A DNA stretch of 32,000 bases from Burkholderiaceae bacterium (GCA_016710525.1 JADJVQ010000038.1:13986-45985), one strand, 5' to 3'. Shown: positions 1 through 10,620, counted from the stretch's first letter. Numbers and translations: made by a program. Notes: generated by a model not told the origin, from the letters alone.

Positions 1-292
1 GCAGCAGCGGGATGCGGTTGCTGGACGTGACCGGCTGCAGCGCCACTTTCAGCGCGGGCAGCTTCAGTTCGGCCTTCACCGCGTCGACGACCTTCATGCA
101 CAGGTCCATCGCATAGCCGATCGGCTGCTGCTTGTCGTCCAGGTACGAGAAGGGGATGGACGATTCGCGATGGCCGATGTTGATCGTGCCGGTTTCCTTG
201 ATCTTCTTGAGTGTGCCGGCCAGGTCTTGCGCGCTGGCTTGGCTGACCATCAGGGCGGCCGCGACCGCGGTCAGAACGACTGCTTTATACAT
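1..292 (-). CDS. Glutamate/aspartate-type ABC transporter substrate-binding protein, N-terminal part (runs off the left edge)
   Basis: Reverse strand ATG at 292 after CAGGAG; MYKAVVLTAVAAALMVSQASAQDLAGTLKKIKETGTINIGHRESSIPFSYLDDKQQPIGYAMDLC, a signal peptide followed by the GltI-like SBP family 3 N-terminus. Confidence 0.85.
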   Translation of the reverse strand, partial: MYKAVVLTAVAAALMVSQASAQDLAGTLKKIKETGTINIGHRESSIPFSYLDDKQQPIGYAMDLCMKVVDAVKAELKLPALKVALQPVTSSNRIPLL

Positions 293-388
293 ACGGGTTT
301 CTCCTGTTTTGTGACTTGAAGTATACGGTTTGGCCGGCCTGCGGCGGCGGTTCGCCTCGCCATGAAACGCGTGTTCACCGTTCGAGAC

Positions 389-1576
<1,188 letters not shown>

Positions 1577-1577
<1 letters not shown>

Positions 1578-1667
1578 GGGGGGCCGGCGCGCGGGCCGGG
1601 CCGCCGCCCCCCCGGGCCGCGGCGCCGGCGCGGCCCGCCGGGCGGGCCGGGGGGGGCGGGGGCGCCG
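1577..1667. other. 91-nt stretch containing only G and C (with C7, G8 and G5 runs)
   Basis: Direct reading: no A or T from 1577 to 1667, between the truncated aspartase and the stop codon of the acyl-CoA synthetase. Confidence 0.95.
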
Positions 1668-1670
1668 AAA

Positions 1671-3374
1671 CTAGCGGAACTGCTCCTCGAGAAACTCGAG
1701 CTCGGTGCGCGCTGCGCCCGCCGCGCGGCCGGACTCCTGGCCGCGCAGTTCGACCCGGCGGATCTTGCCGGAGATGGTCTTGGGCAGGTCGCTGAACTCG
1801 ATCCGCCGGACCAGCTTGTAGCCCGATACCCGTTCGCGCAGGAAGCGGAAGATCGCCGCCGCAGTCTCGGCATTGGCCGCATGGCCCGGCGCCAGGATCA
1901 CGTAGGCCTTGGGCACGAAGCCGCGCACCGGATCGGGCGACGGGACCACCGCGGCTTCGGCCACCGCCGGATGCTCGATCAGCGCGCTCTCGAGCTCGAA
2001 GGGGCTGATGCGATAGCCCGAGGCCTTGAACACATCGTCGGCCCGGCCGACATAGGTGATGTAGCCCTCGGCATCGCGCATGCCGACGTCGCCGGTGTGA
2101 TAGAAGCCGTCGCGCATCGACTCGGCGGTTTTTTCGGCGTCGTCGGCATACCCGGTCATCAGCGCGGTCGGCCGGTGCGCCAGGTCGATGCAGATCTCGC
2201 CTTCCTCACCCGGCTTGCCATCGGGGTCGAGCAGCACCATGCGGTAGCCCGGAAGCGGACGGCCCATCGAGCCCGGCTTGAGCAGCGCGCCGGGCGGGTT
2301 GCCGATCTGCGCGGTGGTCTCGGTCTGGCCGTAGCCGTCGCGGATGGTCAGGCCCCATGCCGCGCGCACCTGCTCGATCACTTCGGGGTTCAGCGGCTCG
2401 CCGGCGGAGATCAGTTCGCGCAGCTTGACCGGCCAGGCCTTCAGATCCTCCTGGATCAGCATGCGCCACACCGTGGGCGGGGCGCACAGCGTGTTCACCT
2501 GGTGCTCGACCAGCGTGCCGAGAATGGCCGGACCGTTGAACCGGTTGTAGTTGTAGATGAACACGCAGGCCTGCGCGTTGAACGGCGCGAAGAAGCAGCT
2601 CCAGGCATGCTTGGCCCAGCCGGGCGAACTGACCGTCCAGTGCACATCGCCCTTGTTCAGGCCCAGCCAGTACATCGTCGACAGGTGCCCGACCGGATAA
2701 CTCTGCTGGGTGTGCTGGACCAGCTTGGGCTTGGCGGTGGTGCCGGACGTGAAGTACTCCAGCATCGGATCGGTGACCCGCGTGGCCTGGGCCGGCGCGA
2801 AGCGCACTTCGGCGTCGCGCGAGCGGCCGAAGTCGATCCATCCGTTCGGCAGGCCGGCCGCGCCGGTGGACACGGTGATCATCGAAAGTCCCGCCAGCGC
2901 GGCCGCCGGCAGCTCCTGAAATTTGGCCATGCCGGCGGCATTGGTGACGATGTGGCGCACATTGCCGCGCTGCAGCCGGTCGGCCAGGTCGTCGCCCGAC
3001 AGCAGCGTGGTGGCCGGAATGACCACTGCCCCCAGCTTGATGGCCGCCAGCATGGTCTCCCACAGCGGCACTTCGTTGCCCATCATCAGCAGGATGCGGT
3101 CGCCATGCTTCGCACCGAGCCCGACCAGGAAATTGGCCACCTGGTTGGATCGCTGCGACAGCTCCGCATAACTGAGCCGGGCCTGGCTGCCGGACTCCTC
3201 GACGATGTGCAGGGCCGGCGCCGGGTTGTCGCGCGCGATGGCGTCGAAATAGTCGAGTGCCCAGTTGAACCGGTCGAGCGCCGGCCATTGGAACGACGCG
3301 ATGGCGCTGGCGTAGTCGGTCCGGTGGGTCAGCAGCAGGTCACGGCAGGCTAGGAATCGGTCGAGTTCGGTCAT
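1671..3374 (-). CDS. AMP-dependent acyl-CoA synthetase (medium-chain/MACS-like)
   Basis: MTELDRFLACRDLLLTHR...; motifs YFTSGTTAKPKLVQHT, SSPGWAKHAWSCFFAPF, DGYGQTETT, YHTGDVG, GRADDVFKASGYRISPFE, LPKTISGKIRRVELR. Confidence 0.9.
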   Translation of the reverse strand: MTELDRFLACRDLLLTHRTDYASAIASFQWPALDRFNWALDYFDAIARDNPAPALHIVEESGSQARLSYAELSQRSNQVANFLVGLGAKHGDRILLMMGNEVPLWETMLAAIKLGAVVIPATTLLSGDDLADRLQRGNVRHIVTNAAGMAKFQELPAAALAGLSMITVSTGAAGLPNGWIDFGRSRDAEVRFAPAQATRVTDPMLEYFTSGTTAKPKLVQHTQQSYPVGHLSTMYWLGLNKGDVHWTVSSPGWAKHAWSCFFAPFNAQACVFIYNYNRFNGPAILGTLVEHQVNTLCAPPTVWRMLIQEDLKAWPVKLRELISAGEPLNPEVIEQVRAAWGLTIRDGYGQTETTAQIGNPPGALLKPGSMGRPLPGYRMVLLDPDGKPGEEGEICIDLAHRPTALMTGYADDAEKTAESMRDGFYHTGDVGMRDAEGYITYVGRADDVFKASGYRISPFELESALIEHPAVAEAAVVPSPDPVRGFVPKAYVILAPGHAANAETAAAIFRFLRERVSGYKLVRRIEFSDLPKTISGKIRRVELRGQESGRAAGAARTELEFLEEQFR

Positions 3375-3476
3375 GGGGTCCTCGGGACGCAGGCGTGATG
3401 GCGATAGTGCCTGCATTTTATGCGCCCGCGCCCGCGATCCGGGCATCGGCCCGGGCTTGCGGCGACCGATCGACGT

Positions 3477-4457
3477 TCACGCGGCCCGGCGCATCGCCAG
3501 GCCCAGCGCGACCAGACTCTCGGACAGCGCATCGGCCAGCGGCGTGACCGGCAGTTCGCCCACCGCGCGCGCCAGCGCCTGCCCGTCCAGCCGATGCGGC
3601 TCGCGCCACAGGTAGGCCATCTCGGCAATCTCGCGCCACATCGGCACGATCAGTCCGCCGGCGCGGATCAGGCCCCAGGGCATGCCGCCCCGAGAGAACC
3701 CCCGCGCCGGCGCGACACCCAGCGCGCGCGCCGCGGATTCGATGGCCGCCAGCCACTGTTCGCCGGTTGCCGTGTGGCCGGCGAAATGAAAGCGCTGCAG
3801 GCCGCGCGGCGCCGCCTGCGCCTGCTGGCGCAGGGCCGCCGCCACGAAGGCGCGCGCCAGATCGGGCAAGTAGGCCCAGGCGTGAGGCCGGTCCAGCGGC
3901 CCGGGATACACCAGCTTGCCTGCGCCCAGCGACTTGGTGATCACGAGGTCCAGCCAGCTGCCGGTGCCCCCGCCGAAGAAGTCGCCGGCCCGAATCACCA
4001 CGCCGTCCAGGCCGCGAGCGGCGCGCTGCGCCAACAGCGCCTCGATCTCGCAGCGGATGCGTCCCTTGCGGGTGGTCGGGTGCTGCACCGTGTCTTGCGC
4101 CAGCACCGCGGGCATCGGCTCGCCGTAGTTGTAGACATTGCCGGGCAGCATGAAGGTCGCGTTCAGGCGGCCAGCCAGGTCCATGCCCTGGCGCGCCAGC
4201 TCGAGGGCCTCGCGCTCCCAGCGGTCATACGGCGGATTGACCGCATGGACCACCGTGCGCACGCCCTGCGCCAGCGGCACCAGCATCGGGTCACCCGGGG
4301 CCATCGCCAGATGGCGGACACCGGCCGGCAGGCCGGCGGGCAGGCGGCGCGATTGCGCCAGCACCGGATGGCCGGCCGCCGCGAAGGCATGGACCGCCGC
4401 CAGGCCGAAGCGCCCGCTGGCGCCGAGCACGAGAACCGGAGGAAGAGAAGCAGGCAT
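3477..4457 (-). CDS. NAD(P)-dependent epimerase/dehydratase family protein
   Basis: MPASLPPVLVLGASGRFGLAAVHAFAAAGHPVLAQSR Rossmann N-terminus; NVYNYGEPMPAVL; typical atypical-SDR composition. Confidence 0.8.
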   Translation of the reverse strand: MPASLPPVLVLGASGRFGLAAVHAFAAAGHPVLAQSRRLPAGLPAGVRHLAMAPGDPMLVPLAQGVRTVVHAVNPPYDRWEREALELARQGMDLAGRLNATFMLPGNVYNYGEPMPAVLAQDTVQHPTTRKGRIRCEIEALLAQRAARGLDGVVIRAGDFFGGGTGSWLDLVITKSLGAGKLVYPGPLDRPHAWAYLPDLARAFVAAALRQQAQAAPRGLQRFHFAGHTATGEQWLAAIESAARALGVAPARGFSRGGMPWGLIRAGGLIVPMWREIAEMAYLWREPHRLDGQALARAVGELPVTPLADALSESLVALGLAMRRAA

Positions 4458-4553
4458 CGCGGGATTCCCAGATGAAGTTCGATGGCCTCATTCTGGCGTC
4501 GCGCGGGCCATTCGCCTATTGCCGGTTTTGGCATATGACCCATACACTTTCGC

Positions 4554-5507
4554 ATGGCACATAACCCACCGCTGGACCGCACGCGCTTCGACTGGTCGCT
4601 GGTGCGCAGCTTCCTGGCGGTGGTCGACGCCGGCAGCCTCACCGGGGCGGCCCGGCGCACCGGCGCCTTGCAGCCCACCTTGAGCCGGCACATTGCCGAG
4701 CTCGAGGGACAGCTCGGTGCGCCGCTGTTCGAGCGCACCGGGCGCGGCGTCGTGCCGACCGCGGCCGCGCTCGCGATCATCGAGGCGGCGCGCACGATGC
4801 AGGACGGCGCCGACGCACTCGGCCGCTCGCTGGCCGGACAGCGGCAGGCAACCACCGGCGTGGTGCGCATCACCACCAGCCAGGTCGCGGCCAATCATCT
4901 GCTGCCTCCCGTCCTCGCCGAGCTGCAGCGGCTGGAACCCGGCATCCAGATCGAACTGGTCTCGTCCAATGCGCTGACCAACCTGCTGCGCCGCGAGGCC
5001 GACATCGCGGTGCGCATGGTGCGGCCCGTGCAGAACTCGCTGGTCGCGCGCAAGATCGGCGAGATCGGCATCGGCGCTTACGCCCACGCCTCGTACCTGG
5101 CCCGGGCCGGCGTGCCGCGCAGCCCCGACGAGCTGCTCTCGCACCGGCTGGTCGGCATGGACACCGACGACACCCTGACCCGGGGATTCGCCGGCATGGG
5201 CATCGCCATCGCGCGCGAGCGCTTCGTCGTTCGGACCGACGACCACCTCGCCTACGGAAGGCTGGTTGCCGCCGGCGCCGGCATCGGCTTTCTGGCGCAC
5301 TATCACGCGGCGCAGACACCAGGGCTGCAGCGGCTGCTGCCCCAGCTGCGCATTCCCGCCCTGCCCTGCTGGCTGGCGGTGCACCGCGAAATCCGGTCCA
5401 GCCGCGTGGTTCGGCGAGTCTACGACCACCTGGCCCGGGCATTGGCGGCTCAGCTCGGATCGGATAATGGTCAGGCGCCAACAGCGCCGGCCGCGAACCT
5501 GTTGTAG
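4554..5507 (+). CDS. LysR family transcriptional regulator
   Basis: DWSLVRSFLAVVDAGSLTGAARRTGALQPTLSRHIAELEGQLGAPLFERTGRGVVPTAAA, canonical LysR HTH; divergent from the epimerase. Confidence 0.95.
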   Translation: MAHNPPLDRTRFDWSLVRSFLAVVDAGSLTGAARRTGALQPTLSRHIAELEGQLGAPLFERTGRGVVPTAAALAIIEAARTMQDGADALGRSLAGQRQATTGVVRITTSQVAANHLLPPVLAELQRLEPGIQIELVSSNALTNLLRREADIAVRMVRPVQNSLVARKIGEIGIGAYAHASYLARAGVPRSPDELLSHRLVGMDTDDTLTRGFAGMGIAIARERFVVRTDDHLAYGRLVAAGAGIGFLAHYHAAQTPGLQRLLPQLRIPALPCWLAVHREIRSSRVVRRVYDHLARALAAQLGSDNGQAPTAPAANLL

Positions 5508-5548
5508 TGTCCGGCTGACCAGAGACCCCGGCTCACGAGAGACCCGAC

Positions 5549-6217
5549 ATGCACTACGACGCAACCGGCCGCAACCATGGCCTGAAATTCGACCCTTTCA
5601 AAGCGCTGGCCGTGCCGCGCCCGATCGGCTGGATCGCCACGGTCGATCGCAACGGCGTGCCCAACCTCGCTCCCTACAGCTTCTTCAACGCGGTCAGCGA
5701 TCGCCCGCCGGTGGTGCTGTTCGCCTCGGGCGGCCACAAGGACAGCCTGCGCAACATCGAGGACAACGGCGAGTTCACCTGCTCGCTGGCCACCTATGAT
5801 CTGCGCGATCAGATGAACATGAGTTCGGCCACGGTGGCCCCGGGCGTGGACGAGTTCGCACTCGCCGGCCTGACCCCGGCAGCCTCCACCTACGTGAAGC
5901 CGCCGCGGGTCGCGCAGAGCCCTGCCGCATTCGAGTGCCGGCACTGGAAGACCCTCGAGATGCCGCGGCCGGCCGACGGCAAGGGCGAGCCCTTCATCGT
6001 GGTGTTCGGTCTGGTGGTCGGGATCTACATCGACGACGCGTTCATCAAGGACGGCATCGTCGACACCCCGTCGATGAAACCGCTGGCCCGCCTGGGCTAC
6101 ATGGACTATTCCGTCCTGACCCCCGAAACCGTGTTCTCGCTGAACCGCCCGATCACCACCGAGGACGGCCGCAGCGCCAAGCTCGTGTCCGGTCCCTGGG
6201 ACGGCGTCTACCGGTAG
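5549..6217 (+). CDS. Flavin reductase family (FMN-binding split barrel) protein
   Basis: FDPFKALAVPRPIGWIATVDRNGVPNLAPYSFFNAVSDRPPVVLFAS...KDSLRNIEDNGEFTCSLATYDL. Confidence 0.9.
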   Translation: MHYDATGRNHGLKFDPFKALAVPRPIGWIATVDRNGVPNLAPYSFFNAVSDRPPVVLFASGGHKDSLRNIEDNGEFTCSLATYDLRDQMNMSSATVAPGVDEFALAGLTPAASTYVKPPRVAQSPAAFECRHWKTLEMPRPADGKGEPFIVVFGLVVGIYIDDAFIKDGIVDTPSMKPLARLGYMDYSVLTPETVFSLNRPITTEDGRSAKLVSGPWDGVYR

Positions 6218-6245
6218 GAAGCCCGTGGCGCACGACACCGCGGCC

Positions 6246-7514
6246 ATGCCGGGCCCGATCAACATCGTGGGCGCCGGCATCGTCGGCCTGTCGGTGGCGT
6301 GGGCGCTGATCCGGCGCGGTCGCCCGGTCCGGATCTTCGATGCCCAGGCACCGGGGATGGGCGCGTCGTTCGGCAACTCCGGTTCGCTGTCCTCGGGATC
6401 GGTCGTGCCCCTGGCCACGCCAGGCGCCGCGATGTCGGGGCTGAAGATGCTGCTCGACAGCGACGCGCCGCTGGTCGTGCGCCGGCGCTATCTGCTGCGC
6501 GCGCTGCCCTGGCTGCGCCAGTTCGTGCGGGTCTCCGACGAAGCCAGCGTGCGCCAGGTGGCCGACAGCCTGCTCGAGATCCTCGCGCCGACCCTGCCGA
6601 GCTGGCAGCGCGTTCTGGAGGAAATCGGCGCCACCGACCTGCTCCATCACACCGGGCAGCTGCACCTGTACCCGTCGCGGCTCGCGCTGGCCAAGGACGA
6701 CTTCGCCTGGCGCCTGCGCGACGACTATGGCGTGCGCAGCGAGCACCTCGATCGCGACGCGCTGCTGGCCCGCCAGCCCGGCATCGGCGAGGCCTATCCG
6801 CTTGGGGTCTTCCTGCCGCAGGCCGCGGCGATTTCCGATCCGCACGGCTTGTGCGTGCGTCTGGCGCAAAGCCTGCGGGCGGCGGGCGCCGAGTTCGTGC
6901 AGGCCCCGGTGCAGGCACTGCAGCCCGACGGCGCCCTCCAGGCGCAGGGGCGCAGCTGGCCGGCCGCGTCCTGCGTGCTGGCCGCTGGCGCATGGTCGAT
7001 GCGGCTGCTCGAACCGCTGGGGGTGCGCGTGCCGCTGGAAACCCAGCGCGGCTACCACGTGCAGCGGCGCAGCCTCGAGGTGGCACCCGGCCAGGTGCTG
7101 CGCGGACCGGTGGTGTCGGCCGACAGCAAGGTCTTCATCGTGCCGATGCGCGAGGGCGTGCGCACCGGCGGCACGGTGGAATTCGCCGGCCTCGCCGCGC
7201 CCGAGGCGCCGCGCCGCTTCGCGCTGCTGCGCTCGAATTTCGCGCGCGTGTTCCCGCAGGCCCCGGCCTTGCCCGCCGACGACGGCGAATCCACCTGGAT
7301 GGGCCATCGCCCCTGCCTGCCCGACACGCTGCCCGTGCTCGGGCCCCTGCCCGGTTACCCCAACGTGTGGGCCGCCTTCGGCCATGGCCATCTCGGCCTG
7401 ACGATGTCGGCCGTCACCGGCGAGTGGCTGGCCCAGGCGCTGTGCGAATCCGCGCCGCCGGCGCTGGCCCGCTTCCGTGCCGACCGGCCCACGCTGGGCG
7501 CGCGGCTGCGCTAA
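6246..7514 (+). CDS. FAD-dependent oxidoreductase, D-amino-acid dehydrogenase (DadA)-like
   Basis: INIVGAGIVGLSVAWALIRRGRPVRIFDAQAPGMGASFGNSG; C-terminal MGHRPCLPDTLPVLGPLPGYPNVWAAFGHGHLGLTMSAVTG. Confidence 0.9.
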   Translation: MPGPINIVGAGIVGLSVAWALIRRGRPVRIFDAQAPGMGASFGNSGSLSSGSVVPLATPGAAMSGLKMLLDSDAPLVVRRRYLLRALPWLRQFVRVSDEASVRQVADSLLEILAPTLPSWQRVLEEIGATDLLHHTGQLHLYPSRLALAKDDFAWRLRDDYGVRSEHLDRDALLARQPGIGEAYPLGVFLPQAAAISDPHGLCVRLAQSLRAAGAEFVQAPVQALQPDGALQAQGRSWPAASCVLAAGAWSMRLLEPLGVRVPLETQRGYHVQRRSLEVAPGQVLRGPVVSADSKVFIVPMREGVRTGGTVEFAGLAAPEAPRRFALLRSNFARVFPQAPALPADDGESTWMGHRPCLPDTLPVLGPLPGYPNVWAAFGHGHLGLTMSAVTGEWLAQALCESAPPALARFRADRPTLGARLR

Positions 7515-7572
7515 CCCGCCCGGCCTTCCTTCTTCCTTCCACCCTATGCCCCCCGGCCCAGGAGCCAGCCCG

Positions 7573-8400
7573 ATGACCACCGAACCCATCACCATCGACA
7601 CCGGTACCGATCAGCTGCTGTGCGAAATCCGCGACGGCGTCGCGCTGATCACGCTGAACCGCCCCGAGGCGCGCAATGCGATGTCCCCCCAGCTGACCCC
7701 GGCCCTGAGCCGGATGATCCAGGAGCGCGGCGAAGACCCGCGCGTGGGCGCGCTGCTGATAACCGGCGCGGGCACCGCGTTTTGCGCCGGCGGCGACGTC
7801 AAGGGAATGGGCGACAACAGCAGCCAGAAGTCGCTCAGTGCCGAAGAACGCGCCGCCGGCATGATCGAACGCCATCGCCGCCTCACCGGCGCGCTGGTCG
7901 GCGTGCGCAAGCCCACGATCGCCGCGCTGCCGGGCGCGGCCGCCGGCGCCGGCCTGGCGATCGCGCTGGCCTGCGACATCCGCATCGCCGCGAAGTCCGC
8001 CTTCGTCAGCGCCGGCTACTCGCGCATCGGGCTGTCGGGCGACTACGGCGTCGCCTGGCTGCTGACGCGCGCCGTCGGCTCGCCGATCGCGCGCGAGATG
8101 ATGTTCACCTCAGAGCGGGTCGACTCGGCGCGGGCCGAACGCATCGGCCTGTTCAATCGCGTGGTCGACGATGCCAACCTGCGTGAGGAGGCCTTTGCGC
8201 TGGCGCGCTCGATCGCCCAGGGCCCGGCGGTCGCCCTGCGCCTGATGAAGGAAAACCTGGACGAGGCGCGCGACATCGACCACGACACCGCGGTCGTGCA
8301 CGAGGCGCAGCGCCTGAGCCTGTCGGCGCAGACCGAAGACCACCGCGAGGCCGTGCGCGCATTCGTCGAGAAGCGCAAACCGGTGTTCAGCGGCCGCTGA
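7573..8400 (+). CDS. Enoyl-CoA hydratase/isomerase family protein
   Basis: VALITLNRPEARNAMSPQL, GAGTAFCAGGDVKGMG, ALPGAAAGAGLAIALACDIRIAA, crotonase fold motifs. Confidence 0.93.
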   Translation: MTTEPITIDTGTDQLLCEIRDGVALITLNRPEARNAMSPQLTPALSRMIQERGEDPRVGALLITGAGTAFCAGGDVKGMGDNSSQKSLSAEERAAGMIERHRRLTGALVGVRKPTIAALPGAAAGAGLAIALACDIRIAAKSAFVSAGYSRIGLSGDYGVAWLLTRAVGSPIAREMMFTSERVDSARAERIGLFNRVVDDANLREEAFALARSIAQGPAVALRLMKENLDEARDIDHDTAVVHEAQRLSLSAQTEDHREAVRAFVEKRKPVFSGR

Positions 8401-8474
8401 CCCTGCCGGTTGCCGCGGCACAGAGCGGCACGGAGCGGCGCAGGCCGCGAATCGCCGCCTGTCGCGGCGCCGGA

Positions 8475-10433
8475 TCAGAACACCGTACGGTAGCGGATCG
8501 CCGCCGCGCGCTCGGACGCCGCATCGGCGAAGTGCCCGGGCTGGCTGCGATGCATCGCGGCCAGCTGCAGGCTGCCCCGGCGGCCCATCGGCACCGAGTA
8601 GTGCAGGCTCAGGCGCAGTTCGCGGCCATCGGGTTTCATGCTGACCGAGCCGCGCTCGATCATCGGCGCGCCGGCCGCATCGGTGCCCACCATCCGCTCG
8701 ATGCTCATCGTGCCCCCGCTGACCCGCATCGGCTGCTCGAACGCCAGCGCCAGTCCGTCGCCGTCGACCAGCGCATTGCGCCGGGTCAGCGAGACCCGCA
8801 TCGCCTGGCTCAGCGCGCTGGTCGTCGCCAGCAGGCTGCCCTGGGCGGCCGGCGTCGAGCCGAACGACACCGAGGCATCCAGCCGGGTGTGCTCGTCGAT
8901 CGACGCGCGAGCGAACAAGGCCAGCGCCGTGGTCGCCGAATGCCCCAGCCCGAGCACGCCCTGGGTCGCTGCGCCCAGGAAGGTCTGCTGCTCGTTCATC
9001 TGAGTCATCGCCACGCCGAGCTCGCCGTCGCGGGGCAGCGTGCGGGTGAGCGCCAGACTGGCCGCCGTCGCCTTGTCGGTCTGCGAGGCCAGCGCCGGCA
9101 CCATCGCCCAGCCCGCGCCGATCGGCAGGCGCTGCGTCAGGCTGGTGGCCTGGTCCATGAAGCCCAGATGGGCGACCGGCAGGGCCGCGAAGGCATTGCC
9201 CTGCGAGACGCGAAGCCCCTGGCTCGAGGGCGCCGCGACCGCCGGATTGAGCGCGAACAGCTCGTCGGCCAGCAGCGGGCGGGTCTTGACCAGCGCCCGG
9301 CTCATGTCGGCGGTGAAATCGCGGCCGTATTCGTCCACGCCGCTGACCATCAGCAGGCCGGCCTGCGCCGCATTCTTCATGGCGCCGGCCAGCGCGCCGC
9401 CCGCGCTGGCGCCGTACAGGGGCACGGTCTTGCCGCCATAGGCGGGCGTGGCCACCTGCCCGACCGGCTTCATGGCCCGATCGACATTGACCAGACCGCG
9501 GCCATAGATGGCGTCCACACCGGCCGCGCCCAGGTCGGTTGCCGTCACGAACAGGATGTTGGCCACGTCCTTGGCCGACAGGTAGGTCCATCGGCTGCGG
9601 ATCAGCGCGGCCGCCCCGCTCACCACCGGCGTGGCCATCGAGGTCCCGCTCATCAGGGCGTAACCGGTCTTGTAGGTCGACATCAGCGACGCACCCGGTG
9701 CGGCCAGCGTGAAGTTCATCGCGTCGCCGGCGCGATTGGACCAGGCGGCGATCTTGCTGGCCGAGTCGACCGCGACCACATTGATGATCTGCCCGTTGGC
9801 CCAGGACTGGCTCGCATACCGCGCCGGCCAGCCCGGCTGCGCCAGCGCCGAATTGCCGGCCGCGGCGACGATCAGCATGCCCTTGCCGACCGCATACTTG
9901 AGGGCCGCCGGGTCGAAGGCAGCCGTCGAGCCCAGCGACATGTTGGCGATCGAGGCCTGCTGATCGGCCGCCCAGCGCAGACCGGCATTGAGCCAGGCGG
10001 TATTGCCGGCGCCGTTGTCGGCAATCACCTTCACCGGCATGATCTGCGCCGAATACGCCACGCCGAACATGCCGACACTGTTGCGGTTGGCGGCGATCAG
10101 GCCCGAGACGTGGGTGCCGTGGCCGTTGCCGTCGGCGACCGAGGTGTTGGGTGTGGCGACGGTGAAATTGCGACCGGTGACGATCCGGCCGGCCAGATCG
10201 GGGCTGGCCGCGTTCACGCCGGTGTCGAGCACGGCGATCTTCACGCCAAGCCCGGTGAACTTCAGGCCATAGGCGGTGACCGCGCCGATCTGGCTGACGA
10301 ACTTCGAGTTGTTCAGTTCGGTCTGGGCGGCCTGCGCAGCCGTCTGGGCGAGCCCCGCGACGGGGTTGGCCAGCGCGGCGACACCTGCGAGGGTCAGGCC
10401 GGTGCGCAGCACTGGATTCAAGCGGAAAAACAT
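8475..10433 (-). CDS. S8 family serine peptidase (subtilisin-like) with signal peptide and autotransporter/outer-membrane-like C-terminal domain
   Basis: Catalytic triad contexts IAVLDTGVN, GNGHGTHVSGLIA, LMSGTSMATPVVSGAAAL; N-terminal signal peptide MFFRLNPVLRTGLTLAGVAALANPVAGLAQ; last strand AAAIRYRTVF ends in Phe. Start at 10433 after AAAGAGG. Confidence 0.9.
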   Translation of the reverse strand: MFFRLNPVLRTGLTLAGVAALANPVAGLAQTAAQAAQTELNNSKFVSQIGAVTAYGLKFTGLGVKIAVLDTGVNAASPDLAGRIVTGRNFTVATPNTSVADGNGHGTHVSGLIAANRNSVGMFGVAYSAQIMPVKVIADNGAGNTAWLNAGLRWAADQQASIANMSLGSTAAFDPAALKYAVGKGMLIVAAAGNSALAQPGWPARYASQSWANGQIINVVAVDSASKIAAWSNRAGDAMNFTLAAPGASLMSTYKTGYALMSGTSMATPVVSGAAALIRSRWTYLSAKDVANILFVTATDLGAAGVDAIYGRGLVNVDRAMKPVGQVATPAYGGKTVPLYGASAGGALAGAMKNAAQAGLLMVSGVDEYGRDFTADMSRALVKTRPLLADELFALNPAVAAPSSQGLRVSQGNAFAALPVAHLGFMDQATSLTQRLPIGAGWAMVPALASQTDKATAASLALTRTLPRDGELGVAMTQMNEQQTFLGAATQGVLGLGHSATTALALFARASIDEHTRLDASVSFGSTPAAQGSLLATTSALSQAMRVSLTRRNALVDGDGLALAFEQPMRVSGGTMSIERMVGTDAAGAPMIERGSVSMKPDGRELRLSLHYSVPMGRRGSLQLAAMHRSQPGHFADAASERAAAIRYRTVF

Positions 10434-10514
10434 CGATGACCTCTTTTTGCTCGGGCTGCATCCAGCCGCGGAAAAAGGGCAACGCCTGACCAGCATTGAA
10501 CCGGACGCTTGCGG

Positions 10515-10620
10515 CTGTCCGATGCCGGCAACCCCGCTGCCTTTCGAGGCCATCGACAGATGGCACCGGGAAGGCCGGAAGCTTTGCGTCCCCGGATTTC
10601 CCCGGGTTTGCCCATGTAGA
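10515..10620 (-). promoter_or_regulatory. Cyclic di-GMP-I (GEMM-I) riboswitch aptamer in the 5' leader of the S8 peptidase gene
   Basis: Minus strand: GGGCAAACC-CGGG-GAAA-TCCG-GGGACGCAAAGCTTCCGGCCTT...AAGGCAGCGGGGTTGCCGG. This matches the class-I c-di-GMP consensus (GGGCAAACC / GAAA tetraloop / GGGACGCAAAGCCtCCGG / AGGtAGCGGGGTTACCG). P2-like arms AAGGC (10571-10575) and GCCTT (10539-10543) pair, with apical stem GCCATC-tgtc-GATGGC (10549-10564). Confidence 0.93.

Noticed and set aside
8110-10566. 818-aa minus-strand ORF overlapping the S8 peptidase
   Set aside because: Arg/Gly-rich out-of-frame reading of the peptidase gene and its neighbour; no family motif.
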